Positions 9,378 through 16,707 of a stretch of 35,834 bases of DNA are shown here, one piece after another. The DNA lies in the IMG/VR virus record IMGVR_UViG_3300046055_000057, positions 1-35,834 of that record. The stretch is one strand, 5' to 3'. The position numbers and the translations under genes were made by a program. The stretch comes from a virus (lineage: Duplodnaviria; Caudoviricetes). Within the stretch, counting starts at the first letter, position 1, and each line of letters begins with the position of its first letter. A model generated the notes under the pieces. It had not been told where the DNA came from. It did no database searches and saw only the letters and a list, made by a program, of their open reading frames with translations.

Positions 9378-10049
9378 TTACTCGGCGGGGCGGTCCTCGC
9401 CCATCATGCCGGTGCGCAGCCCGTCGATCGCCTGCATCGCTCGCTGGGAGGCCGCCTCGGCGCCCTCTTGGCGCGTCGCCTGCAGCACGCGCCCCGCCGC
9501 CTCCCACACGAGCGAGTCGACGAGCTCCTCGGGCATGTCCTCCGGGGCCGTTTCGGGCACGTAGGCAAACGAGTCCACCGTCGGCCCCGCATCGGGCGGG
9601 TAGCATTCCACCGCCTGGCTTACGCCTCCCTCGAAGTACGGCGCAAGGCTCGCGATCGGGTGCGCCTCGTCGGCGCTCGTAAACGGATTGTTCTGCAGGC
9701 GGTAGCGGCTTGAATCAAGCGGGACGAACTCATCGACCGGGTGATCCCATTCCGGCAGCGAGACCCGGAGGAAGCGAACGAAGTCCGACGGCACCGGGAT
9801 GACCGTTGCGCCGCCCTGGTTGGTCGGCGACACGCTCCCGCTGCCGTCCTCTGCCGCCGGATACACGAGCTCGCGCGGCACGCGCCGCAGGATCAACCGC
9901 GCGGACTCGACCAGTTCCGCGTACGTGCTTTTGCGGTTCACCGGCGTCGTTTGCCCCTGCGCCGTCACCTGGTCCACGCGGTACTCCACGCTTTCCACCA
10001 GATCTTCCTGCCCGGGAGTGTTGTCGGGATCGTAGGTAAATGAGGCCAT
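9378..10049 (-). CDS. Head-tail connector / ring protein-like (223 aa)
   Basis: Located after the capsid genes; IPVPSDFVRFLRVSLPEWDHPV resembles the 'lPxDFlRl...W' adaptor motif of Bacteroidota phages. Confidence 0.55.
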   Translation of the reverse strand: MASFTYDPDNTPGQEDLVESVEYRVDQVTAQGQTTPVNRKSTYAELVESARLILRRVPRELVYPAAEDGSGSVSPTNQGGATVIPVPSDFVRFLRVSLPEWDHPVDEFVPLDSSRYRLQNNPFTSADEAHPIASLAPYFEGGVSQAVECYPPDAGPTVDSFAYVPETAPEDMPEELVDSLVWEAAGRVLQATRQEGAEAASQRAMQAIDGLRTGMMGEDRPAE

Positions 10050-10119
10050 CTGCCTTAGCGGGACATGCTAATGAATGTCAACTTGCGACCGCCCCCTATG
10101 CCGACGCCCACCGAATTCC

Positions 10120-10410
10120 TCATCCGCGTACCACCTCTCCGACGCCGCTCTTCACGTCGATTTTGGTAAGCGGCCCGGCGCGCCGGTCGCCCTCGCGCAG
10201 CACATCTCCGTCCGCCGGCGCGTCCCCCGCCGGCGCTTCGCACCCGGGGCCGAACGTCAGGTCGCCGTTTACCGCGCGCACGGCCGTGAACACGTCGTGC
10301 GGGGTGTCCGCCGTCACCACGCCATCCGTGTCGGCCACGCGCTCCCACCCGTAGCGCGCGAGCGCTTGCCCCTCGTCATCGTATGCGTGGTAATACGCCT
10401 TGTGTCCCAT
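10120..10410 (-). CDS. Small beta-rich virion protein, possibly a head decoration protein (96 aa)
   Basis: Co-oriented ORF in the head module with acidic composition. Confidence 0.55.
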   Translation of the reverse strand: MGHKAYYHAYDDEGQALARYGWERVADTDGVVTADTPHDVFTAVRAVNGDLTFGPGCEAPAGDAPADGDVLREGDRRAGPLTKIDVKSGVGEVVRG

Positions 10411-10447
10411 GGGGGATCACCGTGCTTGCTCCGCGAATGCCGCCAGA

Positions 10448-11002
10448 TCACTCGTCGTAGCCGGGAAACCAGAAGCCCGCTTCCTCGGCGGCGGCGATGA
10501 TCTCGTCTTTCGTGTCGCGCTGGTTGAGGCCGTCGGGCCGCGCGTCCCGCTCGCCGAGCGCCTCGAGCGCTTCGCCCTTCGAGGATACGTCCTCGCCGCC
10601 GGAGGTGTACAGCGGCTCCAGCCCCCCTTCGGCTTCCAGCTCCCCTTCGGCTTCCACGCCGAGGTTCGCGGGCGTCTCTTCCGCTTGCGGGGGAAAGCTC
10701 ACCGGCGCCGGCTGCTCTTCGGCCACGGCGCGGGCGTCCTTCTCTTCGGCTTCCTCATCGGGCGGCGCTTCGGTGAAGAACTGTTTCCCGCGCAGCGGCT
10801 CGCCCGGTTCGGCGTAGCCCCAGTGCTCGCGGAGTTCTTCGGCCTCGTCGTCGGTGGCGAGGTAGCGCCCGTTCGAGAACTCGAACGGCGGCACGAACTG
10901 CGCCTCTTCGATCACGCGCCCGCCGACCACCTTCCGGCGGATCACGCGGTCGCGGTCCACCGAGGCTTGCTTGTAGGGCGACAGGAATACGGTGCGACTC
11001 AT
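10448..11002 (-). CDS. Post-capsid hypothetical protein (184 aa)
   Basis: Immediately downstream of MCP; acidic linker and C-terminal TKDEIIAAAEEAGFWFP helical motif. Confidence 0.7.
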   Translation of the reverse strand: MSRTVFLSPYKQASVDRDRVIRRKVVGGRVIEEAQFVPPFEFSNGRYLATDDEAEELREHWGYAEPGEPLRGKQFFTEAPPDEEAEEKDARAVAEEQPAPVSFPPQAEETPANLGVEAEGELEAEGGLEPLYTSGGEDVSSKGEALEALGERDARPDGLNQRDTKDEIIAAAEEAGFWFPGYDE

Positions 11003-11059
11003 AACAGTAGCGTGGGTTTTCTCGTGTGAAAGACGAAGGGGGGCCGCCAGGCGAAAAGG

Positions 11060-12394
11060 TCACGCGGCGCCGTCGATGACGGCGTGCGCGTCCTCGTAGC
11101 CGACCATCAGGCTGAACGTCTCCTTCAGCTGCACGCCGCGCCCGTCGGTGCCCTGCTCTTCGAGCGTCAGGTTGACGCGCTTCATGGGCCGCAGCACGCC
11201 GCGCCGAACGTGGTTCATGTCCAGCACGATGCCCTTCCGCTTGAAGCCCAGCTCGTCAAGGCCGAAGTGGGGCATCACGTTCGTGCGCCCGAACTCGGTC
11301 ACGAACGAGGACACCTCCATGTCCAGCTCCTTCGACTCCTGCTGGTCGCGCCGCACCTTCTCGAGCGACACGCCCGCGAGGTCCTGCACGAGGTACGGGT
11401 CGGCGAACAACCACCGGGTCTCGCTTCCGCTGTTGCCGGTAAAGATCTGGCGGTGCCAGTCGATCAGGTCTTCCTCGCTGAAGCTGCTGGCGGTGTAGGA
11501 GAGCTGCTTCGAGTTGATGTAGGAGAGGATGCCGCCCACGGTGGTCAGGTTTTCCCCGTTCACCTGCTGCTTCGAGCGCTGCCCCGCGATCACCGCGTTC
11601 TCGATGTTGTTGCGGAAGTCGTAGAGCTGGTTTTCGAGGTCGGTCTCCAGCGAGTGCCGGTTGGTGTGGTTCATCGTCGCCTCGCGCCGCCCGGAGATCT
11701 TCAATACGCCGTCGATGGCCTGCACGTAGTTGTAGCGCCCCACCTCCTGCACGGCGCGGGAATCGCTCGCGTCGAAGAACTCCGGCTTGGCCGGGGCCAT
11801 GCGGATCACGCGGTTCCCGTCCTCGATCGACGGCACGCTCCCGCCGTCGAGGGCGCGCACGTTCAGCGTGTCGCCACTCACGCTGTCCACGTAGAGCACG
11901 GCCTGACCGTCGTCGGGCAGCACCACCATGTCATCGGCGCGAAAGATCGCGCCCTCGTCGCTCTGAAGCGAGAGGGAGGCCGTGGCGCCGCCGCCGCTCA
12001 CGCCGCCGTTGGCCGTCGCCTCGCGCGGGAGCGCGTCCTTTTCGTACCACTCCCACTTCTCCTGTTCGAGGCGCACCTGTTCCATCCGCCGCATGATGGT
12101 GTCGATCGGAAAGCGATTGCGCCGGAACAGGATGAGCTGATTGTAGACGTCCCGCTTCAGGAAGTCCGACGGCGTCGCGTCCTGCGTGCGGTCGCCGATC
12201 ACCGCGCCCATCATGGAGAGGCCCAGCGGCGCCAGCACCGTCATGGCCGCGGGCGAGGGCGTCGGAAGGCATCCGCCAGCGATGAGCGCAAGTGCGCCTC
12301 CCGCGGCGAGCGCCACAATGGCGGCACAGGCGATCTGGGCGGGGGTTGTGCGGGCGAAGCCCGCTGGGGTTGCGGTCTCGAGAAAGCGAGTCAT
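11060..12394 (-). CDS. Major capsid protein (HK97 fold, DUF5309/SU10-like) with a hydrophobic N-terminal extension
   Basis: Follows the scaffold gene; motifs KWEWYEKD, YNYVQAI, IENAVIAGQR, GGILSYI, TEFG and GIVLDM, and an E.AHAVI C-terminus. Confidence 0.88.
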   Translation of the reverse strand: MTRFLETATPAGFARTTPAQIACAAIVALAAGGALALIAGGCLPTPSPAAMTVLAPLGLSMMGAVIGDRTQDATPSDFLKRDVYNQLILFRRNRFPIDTIMRRMEQVRLEQEKWEWYEKDALPREATANGGVSGGGATASLSLQSDEGAIFRADDMVVLPDDGQAVLYVDSVSGDTLNVRALDGGSVPSIEDGNRVIRMAPAKPEFFDASDSRAVQEVGRYNYVQAIDGVLKISGRREATMNHTNRHSLETDLENQLYDFRNNIENAVIAGQRSKQQVNGENLTTVGGILSYINSKQLSYTASSFSEEDLIDWHRQIFTGNSGSETRWLFADPYLVQDLAGVSLEKVRRDQQESKELDMEVSSFVTEFGRTNVMPHFGLDELGFKRKGIVLDMNHVRRGVLRPMKRVNLTLEEQGTDGRGVQLKETFSLMVGYEDAHAVIDGAA

Positions 12395-12426
12395 GGCGAA
12401 AACGGCCGCGAGGCCGGGATTGGTGA

Positions 12427-12493
12427 GTGTGCGTCGAGAGAAAGCGCCCGTGCATCCCCCGAAGCGGCCTCCTGCCAGAGATCCCGCTCCGGG
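12427..12493 (-). promoter_or_regulatory. Leader element copy 1 (MCP): stem enclosing GATCTCTGGCAGGAGG, followed by CTCGACGCACAC
   Basis: 16-mer at 12468-12483 inside a 10-bp stem (12458-12493); 12-mer at 12427-12438. Both are repeated exactly before the scaffold gene. Confidence 0.7.
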
Positions 12494-12516
12494 TGCCGTG
12501 GCGATCGATGAAAAGG

Positions 12517-13773
12517 TCAGTTCGTCGGTTCGAAAAGCGCGCTCAAGAGGTCCCCGTTCTGCCCCGCCCCATGGCCGCCTTCTTGCGGTTGCGGCTCGCC
12601 GCCGCGCCCGATCAGAAGCGGCACGCCGTCACCGCTGCTGTCCCCGCCGCCGGGCGCGCTCTGCCCGCGCCCGTTCGGGTTGCGGCGCTGTTCTTCGAGT
12701 ACTTCGTTCCGGCCCTCCACGCGGCCTTCCTCGCGCGCTTCCTCGATGGCCGACTCGTAGTTGTCGGGGAGGCCCCGGTACACGATGTCGAACATGTCCG
12801 AGCGCGTCCGCCCGCGCTTCGGGTCCCCCTGCACGACCTCCGAAAACGTCTCGCCGAAGTCCTGGGCTTCCTCGTCGTCCATGTCGTGCCGATCGACGAA
12901 CGCCTGAAAATCACGCTGCACCTGCCGCCGCATCTGTTTCTGGCGCTTCTGGCGCTGCTGCGCGGCCTCTTCGCTGTGCTTCGAGCGCTCCTCCTTCCGC
13001 GCCTGCTCGGCCTTGTATTCGGCGTAGCCCTCCGGGTCGATGTCGGGGTCCGGCGCCTCGCTCGTGAGCCCGTCGGCGGCCGCCATGGCCGCCTCCTGCG
13101 GGCTGCTGCCCTCCAGCCGCGCTTCGATGTAGCGGCCCACGTCGGGCCGCTCTTCCATCAGCGCCCCCAGCTCGTGGAAACCGTCACGCTCGGTCTGGAG
13201 CCGGTTCACGCGCTCGGCCACGTCGTCGAGGCTGTCGTACTGCCCGCCCGTCTTCTCGCCGAGGGCCCGCAACGTCTCGTCGTCTACCTGCCGCGCGGGC
13301 TCTTCGGAGGCCTCGCCCGCGTCGCCTTCCCTTTGCTGCTCTTCGGTCGCCGCTTCCTCCTCGGCGGGGTCGCCTTCTTCCGTTTCTTCCGCGTCGGCTT
13401 CTCCGTCGCGGGCGGCCCGCGCCTGCTCGTCGTCGGCGGTCGGCTGCTGCTGCTCTTCGGTCTCTTCGGGCGACGGGCCCGTGCTCAGAAGTGCGCCGAG
13501 CAAGTCGTCGTCCTCGCCCACGGGAGCCGCGTTTTGCTCGGCAAACGCCGCCTCGCGCGCGGACGGCGCCTGCTCGGGCTGCTGGGCTTCGCTTTCGTGC
13601 TCGGGCTGCTCCTCCGTCGCTTCGCCAGCGCTCTCCGCCTGCGAGGCGCCGCCGCCGAAAAGCCCGTCGGCAATCGCGTCGGACGTGTCCTGCGCCGGGG
13701 CGTCGCCGTCGCCACGCGGCGAGGATTCCGGTTGCATTTCCGGTGCGGGCGGTTGATCTTCAGAAGTGCTCAT
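12517..13773 (-). CDS. Capsid scaffolding protein (418 aa)
   Basis: Lies between portal and MCP; very acidic disordered N-half and coiled-coil C-half with an AREEGRVEGRNE motif. Confidence 0.78.
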   Translation of the reverse strand: MSTSEDQPPAPEMQPESSPRGDGDAPAQDTSDAIADGLFGGGASQAESAGEATEEQPEHESEAQQPEQAPSAREAAFAEQNAAPVGEDDDLLGALLSTGPSPEETEEQQQPTADDEQARAARDGEADAEETEEGDPAEEEAATEEQQREGDAGEASEEPARQVDDETLRALGEKTGGQYDSLDDVAERVNRLQTERDGFHELGALMEERPDVGRYIEARLEGSSPQEAAMAAADGLTSEAPDPDIDPEGYAEYKAEQARKEERSKHSEEAAQQRQKRQKQMRRQVQRDFQAFVDRHDMDDEEAQDFGETFSEVVQGDPKRGRTRSDMFDIVYRGLPDNYESAIEEAREEGRVEGRNEVLEEQRRNPNGRGQSAPGGGDSSGDGVPLLIGRGGEPQPQEGGHGAGQNGDLLSALFEPTN

Positions 13774-13809
13774 GGCCGAACGTCTGGTTCCGTGAGGAAT
13801 CGGTTGGCT

Positions 13810-13865
13810 GTGTGCGTCGAGGCCGCTCCGGGAGCCCTCCTGCCAGAGATCGCTTCCGGGGCGGC
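13810..13865 (-). promoter_or_regulatory. Leader element copy 2 (scaffold): stem enclosing GATCTCTGGCAGGAGG, followed by CTCGACGCACAC
   Basis: 16-mer at 13836-13851 inside a 14-bp stem (13822-13865); 12-mer at 13810-13821. Confidence 0.7.
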
Positions 13866-13895
13866 TTTTCTATGTCAAGTCGGATCCCGGTTGGT

Positions 13896-15956
13896 CTACG
13901 CCGCCTGCGCCATCAGCGCCTTCGCGTCGCGGTCGCCCGCCTCCGCGCGCTCGGCGACCTGCTGCATGATCGCCCGCGGCCCCTGCCCGCCCGCCGAGGA
14001 CGCGCCGCGCGGCTGGGGGCGCTCCTTGCCCTGCCCGCGTGGTTGTGGCCGCGCGGCTGGGACACCGCCGGCCGCGGCCGCTTCTCCCGCCGCCCCGGGA
14101 CTGCCGCCAGCTTGCTGCATGATCGGGTTCGTGCGCTCGATCAGCTTCATCAGGCTCTCTGCCTTCGGGTGGCTGCTCATTTGCAGGTACTGGCTGAACG
14201 TCAGCCGCTGGCTTTGCAGCAGCTCCTTCAGGTCCTGCTCGTACAGCTGTCGGTACACCGCCGTGTCTGCGACGTTGGCGACCGCGACGTCGTATTCCAG
14301 GTCCCGCGCCGCCGTCGGGTCGAACTGATACACGCGCCCGTCATCCGTGCGCAGCGACCGCTCCGGCCCGTAGAACTGGGTCGCCAGCGAGAGCGCCTTC
14401 AGATCGACCTTGCGCAGCGTCTCCAGATAGGTCTCGAAGAAGTCGATGTTGGTCGTGTTGCCCTGCAAGATCTGCTGCTTGTAGAGGGCCGCCGGCGTCC
14501 CGCTGCTGGGCGTTTCGCCCATCACCGCTTCCGTCACGCCGCTCACCTCCTGGATGCCCTTCTTCATCTGCCCGAGCCACTCGAAAGCGCCCTGCGGGAT
14601 CGAGTTGGAGTATACCTGTTGCGGCTTGAACCCCGAGTCCATGGCCTTCCCCCCCTGCTTCGCCGAGTACACGATCACGCCGTTGACCTTCGTGTACTCG
14701 TCGGCGAACTCGTCGGCGGTCATCTCCGCCGGAATCATCTCCTCGGGGATCATCAGCACGCCCCGCGCCGCCGATGACATCGACAGGTCCATCACCGAGA
14801 TCATCCGGTTGTACAGCCGTTGCTGGTCGATCAGGTCATCGACGATCCCTTTGGCCTGCCCGTCGATGAAGTCGGCAAACCCCAGCACGAACGGGCTTTC
14901 CTGATGCGCGTAGGGCGTCTCGCCGCGCCAGAGCACGTGTCCCTCCGGCGTGAGAAAGTAGCCCACCCACGCTTCCTCGTATCGGTCGTTGAAGCGGATC
15001 GGCGGCAACCCGCGCTGCCGGCGCATCCGGTTCTCCCGCCGGCGCGCTCCCTCGCCGAGGTCCACCTCCGAGCGCCGCCCCGTCGCCGGGTCGTGCGCGA
15101 ACGTTTTCCATCGGCCTTCCTTGCGCCACACCTCGATCACGCGGCACATGTCCGCCCGCATCGGCGAAAAGAAGCCGATGCTGTCCGCGCCGAGAAAGCC
15201 TTCGGACGTGTCCATCCCGCCAGCGTAGCCGCCGTACGTCTCTTTCCCGCCGTACACCTTGCGCACCGAATCGGCACGCTCCCGGTCGTGCGGCGCGAAC
15301 GACTGGATCACCTCCTCGATCGCGAGGTCGTGCACCTGCCCCACGAGGCGCAAGTCCATCAGGCGGCGGTCCGACAGGTCGCTGTTGTAGAAAATGCGAT
15401 TTGGGTGCACCTGCTGGATCAACACGTCGGAACGGTCCTCCTTCGCGCGCCACCCGTAGCCGAGGCGAAAGGCCGCCTTCCCGCCAATGATGTGCTCCTG
15501 GAAACCGTCGGCCTCCAGCGCCTTCATTTCGTTCAGGCGGCGCACCTGCCGGAGCGCGACCGTCATCATTTCGGCCGCCTGGTTGTCGCTCCGGTTGACC
15601 GCGAAGGCCTGCCGGTCGCTTTCGTTCTGGCGCAGCTGCCCCTTCAGGTTGCGCACCGTCGGCTTGATCTGGTTCATCCGCCACGGGATGCGCCCCTGCT
15701 CCTTGATGTACTGCTCCTCCGTGACTTCATTGCCGCGCTCGTCGGTGATGGTGTCACGCCACTGGTCGCCCCAGTAGTAGTCGCGCGCCCGGCTGCGAGC
15801 CTCCCGCTCGTCGGCGAGGGCGTTCCACGCCATGTGCCCGGCTTCGAGCGCTTCCGTGCTTTCGTCCGTCACGGGCAGGCGACCCGTACTTCCGCGCGCC
15901 CCACGACGGGAGCGGCGGCGGCGGCGTTGACTTCGGCCTCGCGTGACGGCAATCAC
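13896..15956 (-). CDS. Portal protein (P22-like podovirus family); start uncertain (GTG 15956 preferred, ORF open to 16004)
   Basis: Motifs RARDYYWGDQW, GRIPWRMNQIKP, GIVDDLIDQQRLYNR and IQEVSGV..A.MG; located between terL and scaffold. Confidence 0.9.
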   Translation of the reverse strand: MIAVTRGRSQRRRRRSRRGARGSTGRLPVTDESTEALEAGHMAWNALADEREARSRARDYYWGDQWRDTITDERGNEVTEEQYIKEQGRIPWRMNQIKPTVRNLKGQLRQNESDRQAFAVNRSDNQAAEMMTVALRQVRRLNEMKALEADGFQEHIIGGKAAFRLGYGWRAKEDRSDVLIQQVHPNRIFYNSDLSDRRLMDLRLVGQVHDLAIEEVIQSFAPHDRERADSVRKVYGGKETYGGYAGGMDTSEGFLGADSIGFFSPMRADMCRVIEVWRKEGRWKTFAHDPATGRRSEVDLGEGARRRENRMRRQRGLPPIRFNDRYEEAWVGYFLTPEGHVLWRGETPYAHQESPFVLGFADFIDGQAKGIVDDLIDQQRLYNRMISVMDLSMSSAARGVLMIPEEMIPAEMTADEFADEYTKVNGVIVYSAKQGGKAMDSGFKPQQVYSNSIPQGAFEWLGQMKKGIQEVSGVTEAVMGETPSSGTPAALYKQQILQGNTTNIDFFETYLETLRKVDLKALSLATQFYGPERSLRTDDGRVYQFDPTAARDLEYDVAVANVADTAVYRQLYEQDLKELLQSQRLTFSQYLQMSSHPKAESLMKLIERTNPIMQQAGGSPGAAGEAAAAGGVPAARPQPRGQGKERPQPRGASSAGGQGPRAIMQQVAERAEAGDRDAKALMAQAA

Positions 15957-15970
15957 GGTGGACGGGCGCT

Positions 15971-15990
15971 GGTGACAATTCGGTGTCACC
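15971..15990. promoter_or_regulatory. Palindrome GGTGACA-N6-TGTCACC upstream of portal (candidate regulator site)
   Basis: Perfect 7-bp inverted repeat; the same TGACA-N6-TGTCA core occurs at 27913-27928. Confidence 0.5.
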
Positions 15991-16115
15991 CCCTTGTATA
16001 ACATGTGCGCGCCTGAAGTGCCAGCGAGCGGCTCCGTCGGGGACGGAAATCAGGTAGCCGGGGCGCGTCTGCTTGACATCGCGCCGCAAACTCCCTGGAA
16101 ATCCCCTCGGAACCA

Positions 16116-16197
16116 CCTGAAATCACCTCAGCAACGAGACAAAAGAAGACAGCACACGACAGAAACACGACAGAATTGTCTTCCTGAACTCACCTCA
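16116..16197. repeat. Direct repeats CCTGAA(A/C)TCACCTCA x2 flanking tandem ACACGACAGAA x2
   Basis: Copies at 16116-16130 and 16183-16197, and at 16154-16164 and 16165-16175. Confidence 0.85.
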
Positions 16198-16492
16198 AAA
16201 CCGCTGAGGATTTTCAAAAATCAAGAAGACCTCCATGCTATGAAGGCATCAACTCTCTGTCCCGAACATAATTCAGTCGAATTGTGTGAACGCCTGAAAA
16301 GGCGAACTTACGGTAGAATAGACTTTCAGTAACCTACCGTAAAACAGCAACCACAGTAGCGGCGTGTCTGTCGAACTTTAGTTTCTCGACAAGCTCGACA
16401 AGCTCGACAGCACATAGGTTGCCGTGGTAGCTGGTGCGCTTCTCTCGAAAGCGTAGAAACCGCCGCAAAACCGCCGAGGATTTTCAAAAATC
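16196..16492. repeat. 27-bp direct repeat CAAAACCGC(T/C)GAGGATTTTCAAAAATC x2, 270 bp apart, enclosing further inverted and tandem repeats
   Basis: Copies at 16196-16222 and 16466-16492 (1 mismatch). Between them: TTACGGTAG/CTACCGTAA (16308-16316, 16334-16342) and ~3 copies of CTCGACAAG (16385-16409). Confidence 0.9.
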
Positions 16493-16578
16493 GACCTGAA
16501 AATCTTTGAAAATGAAAACCGGAACGCCCGTATGCCCCGGCGGTATGGATCTCGCATCGACCTTCCCCGGTCGATCAG

Positions 16579-16624
16579 ACCCCGATTGTCCAACGCCTGC
16601 CCTGGCGCGCAATCGGGGTTTTTT
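16579..16624 (+). terminator. Intrinsic terminator-like hairpin oriented antisense to the structural operon
   Basis: ACCCCGATTG/CAATCGGGGT 10-bp stem followed by a T run on the + strand. Confidence 0.6.
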
Positions 16625-16632
16625 ATACACGA

Positions 16633-16661
16633 ACGGCCCGCTGCTACCAACAGCGGGCCGT
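16633..16661. terminator. Strong hairpin downstream of terL
   Basis: ACGGCCCGCTG/CAGCGGGCCGT 11-bp perfect stem with a 7-nt loop and a weak U-tract. Confidence 0.5.
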
Positions 16662-16707
16662 CGTAAACGAAACGGGCCGGGCGGCCACATCTCGTAAAGG
16701 GATCATG

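Noticed and set aside
12427-14328. Long opposite-strand ORFs (e.g. 1595..3001, 11084..12511, 12427..14328, 16825..18672, 21508..23064, 23368..25104, 33670..35724)
   Set aside because: Antisense shadows of well-supported genes in GC-rich DNA; Arg/Leu/Val-rich with no recognisable motifs.
16204-16235. CUGAGGA as a hammerhead ribozyme core
   Set aside because: No stem II followed by GAAA and no compatible stems I and III.
16196-16492. 27-bp repeats as a mini-CRISPR array
   Set aside because: Only two copies separated by 243 bp, and no cas genes.
15994-16697. ORFs 15994..16332, 16378..16650, 16484..16690 and 16506..16697 as genes
   Set aside because: They run through repeats and hairpins, have atypical composition and lack the C/A-rich leader seen on real genes.
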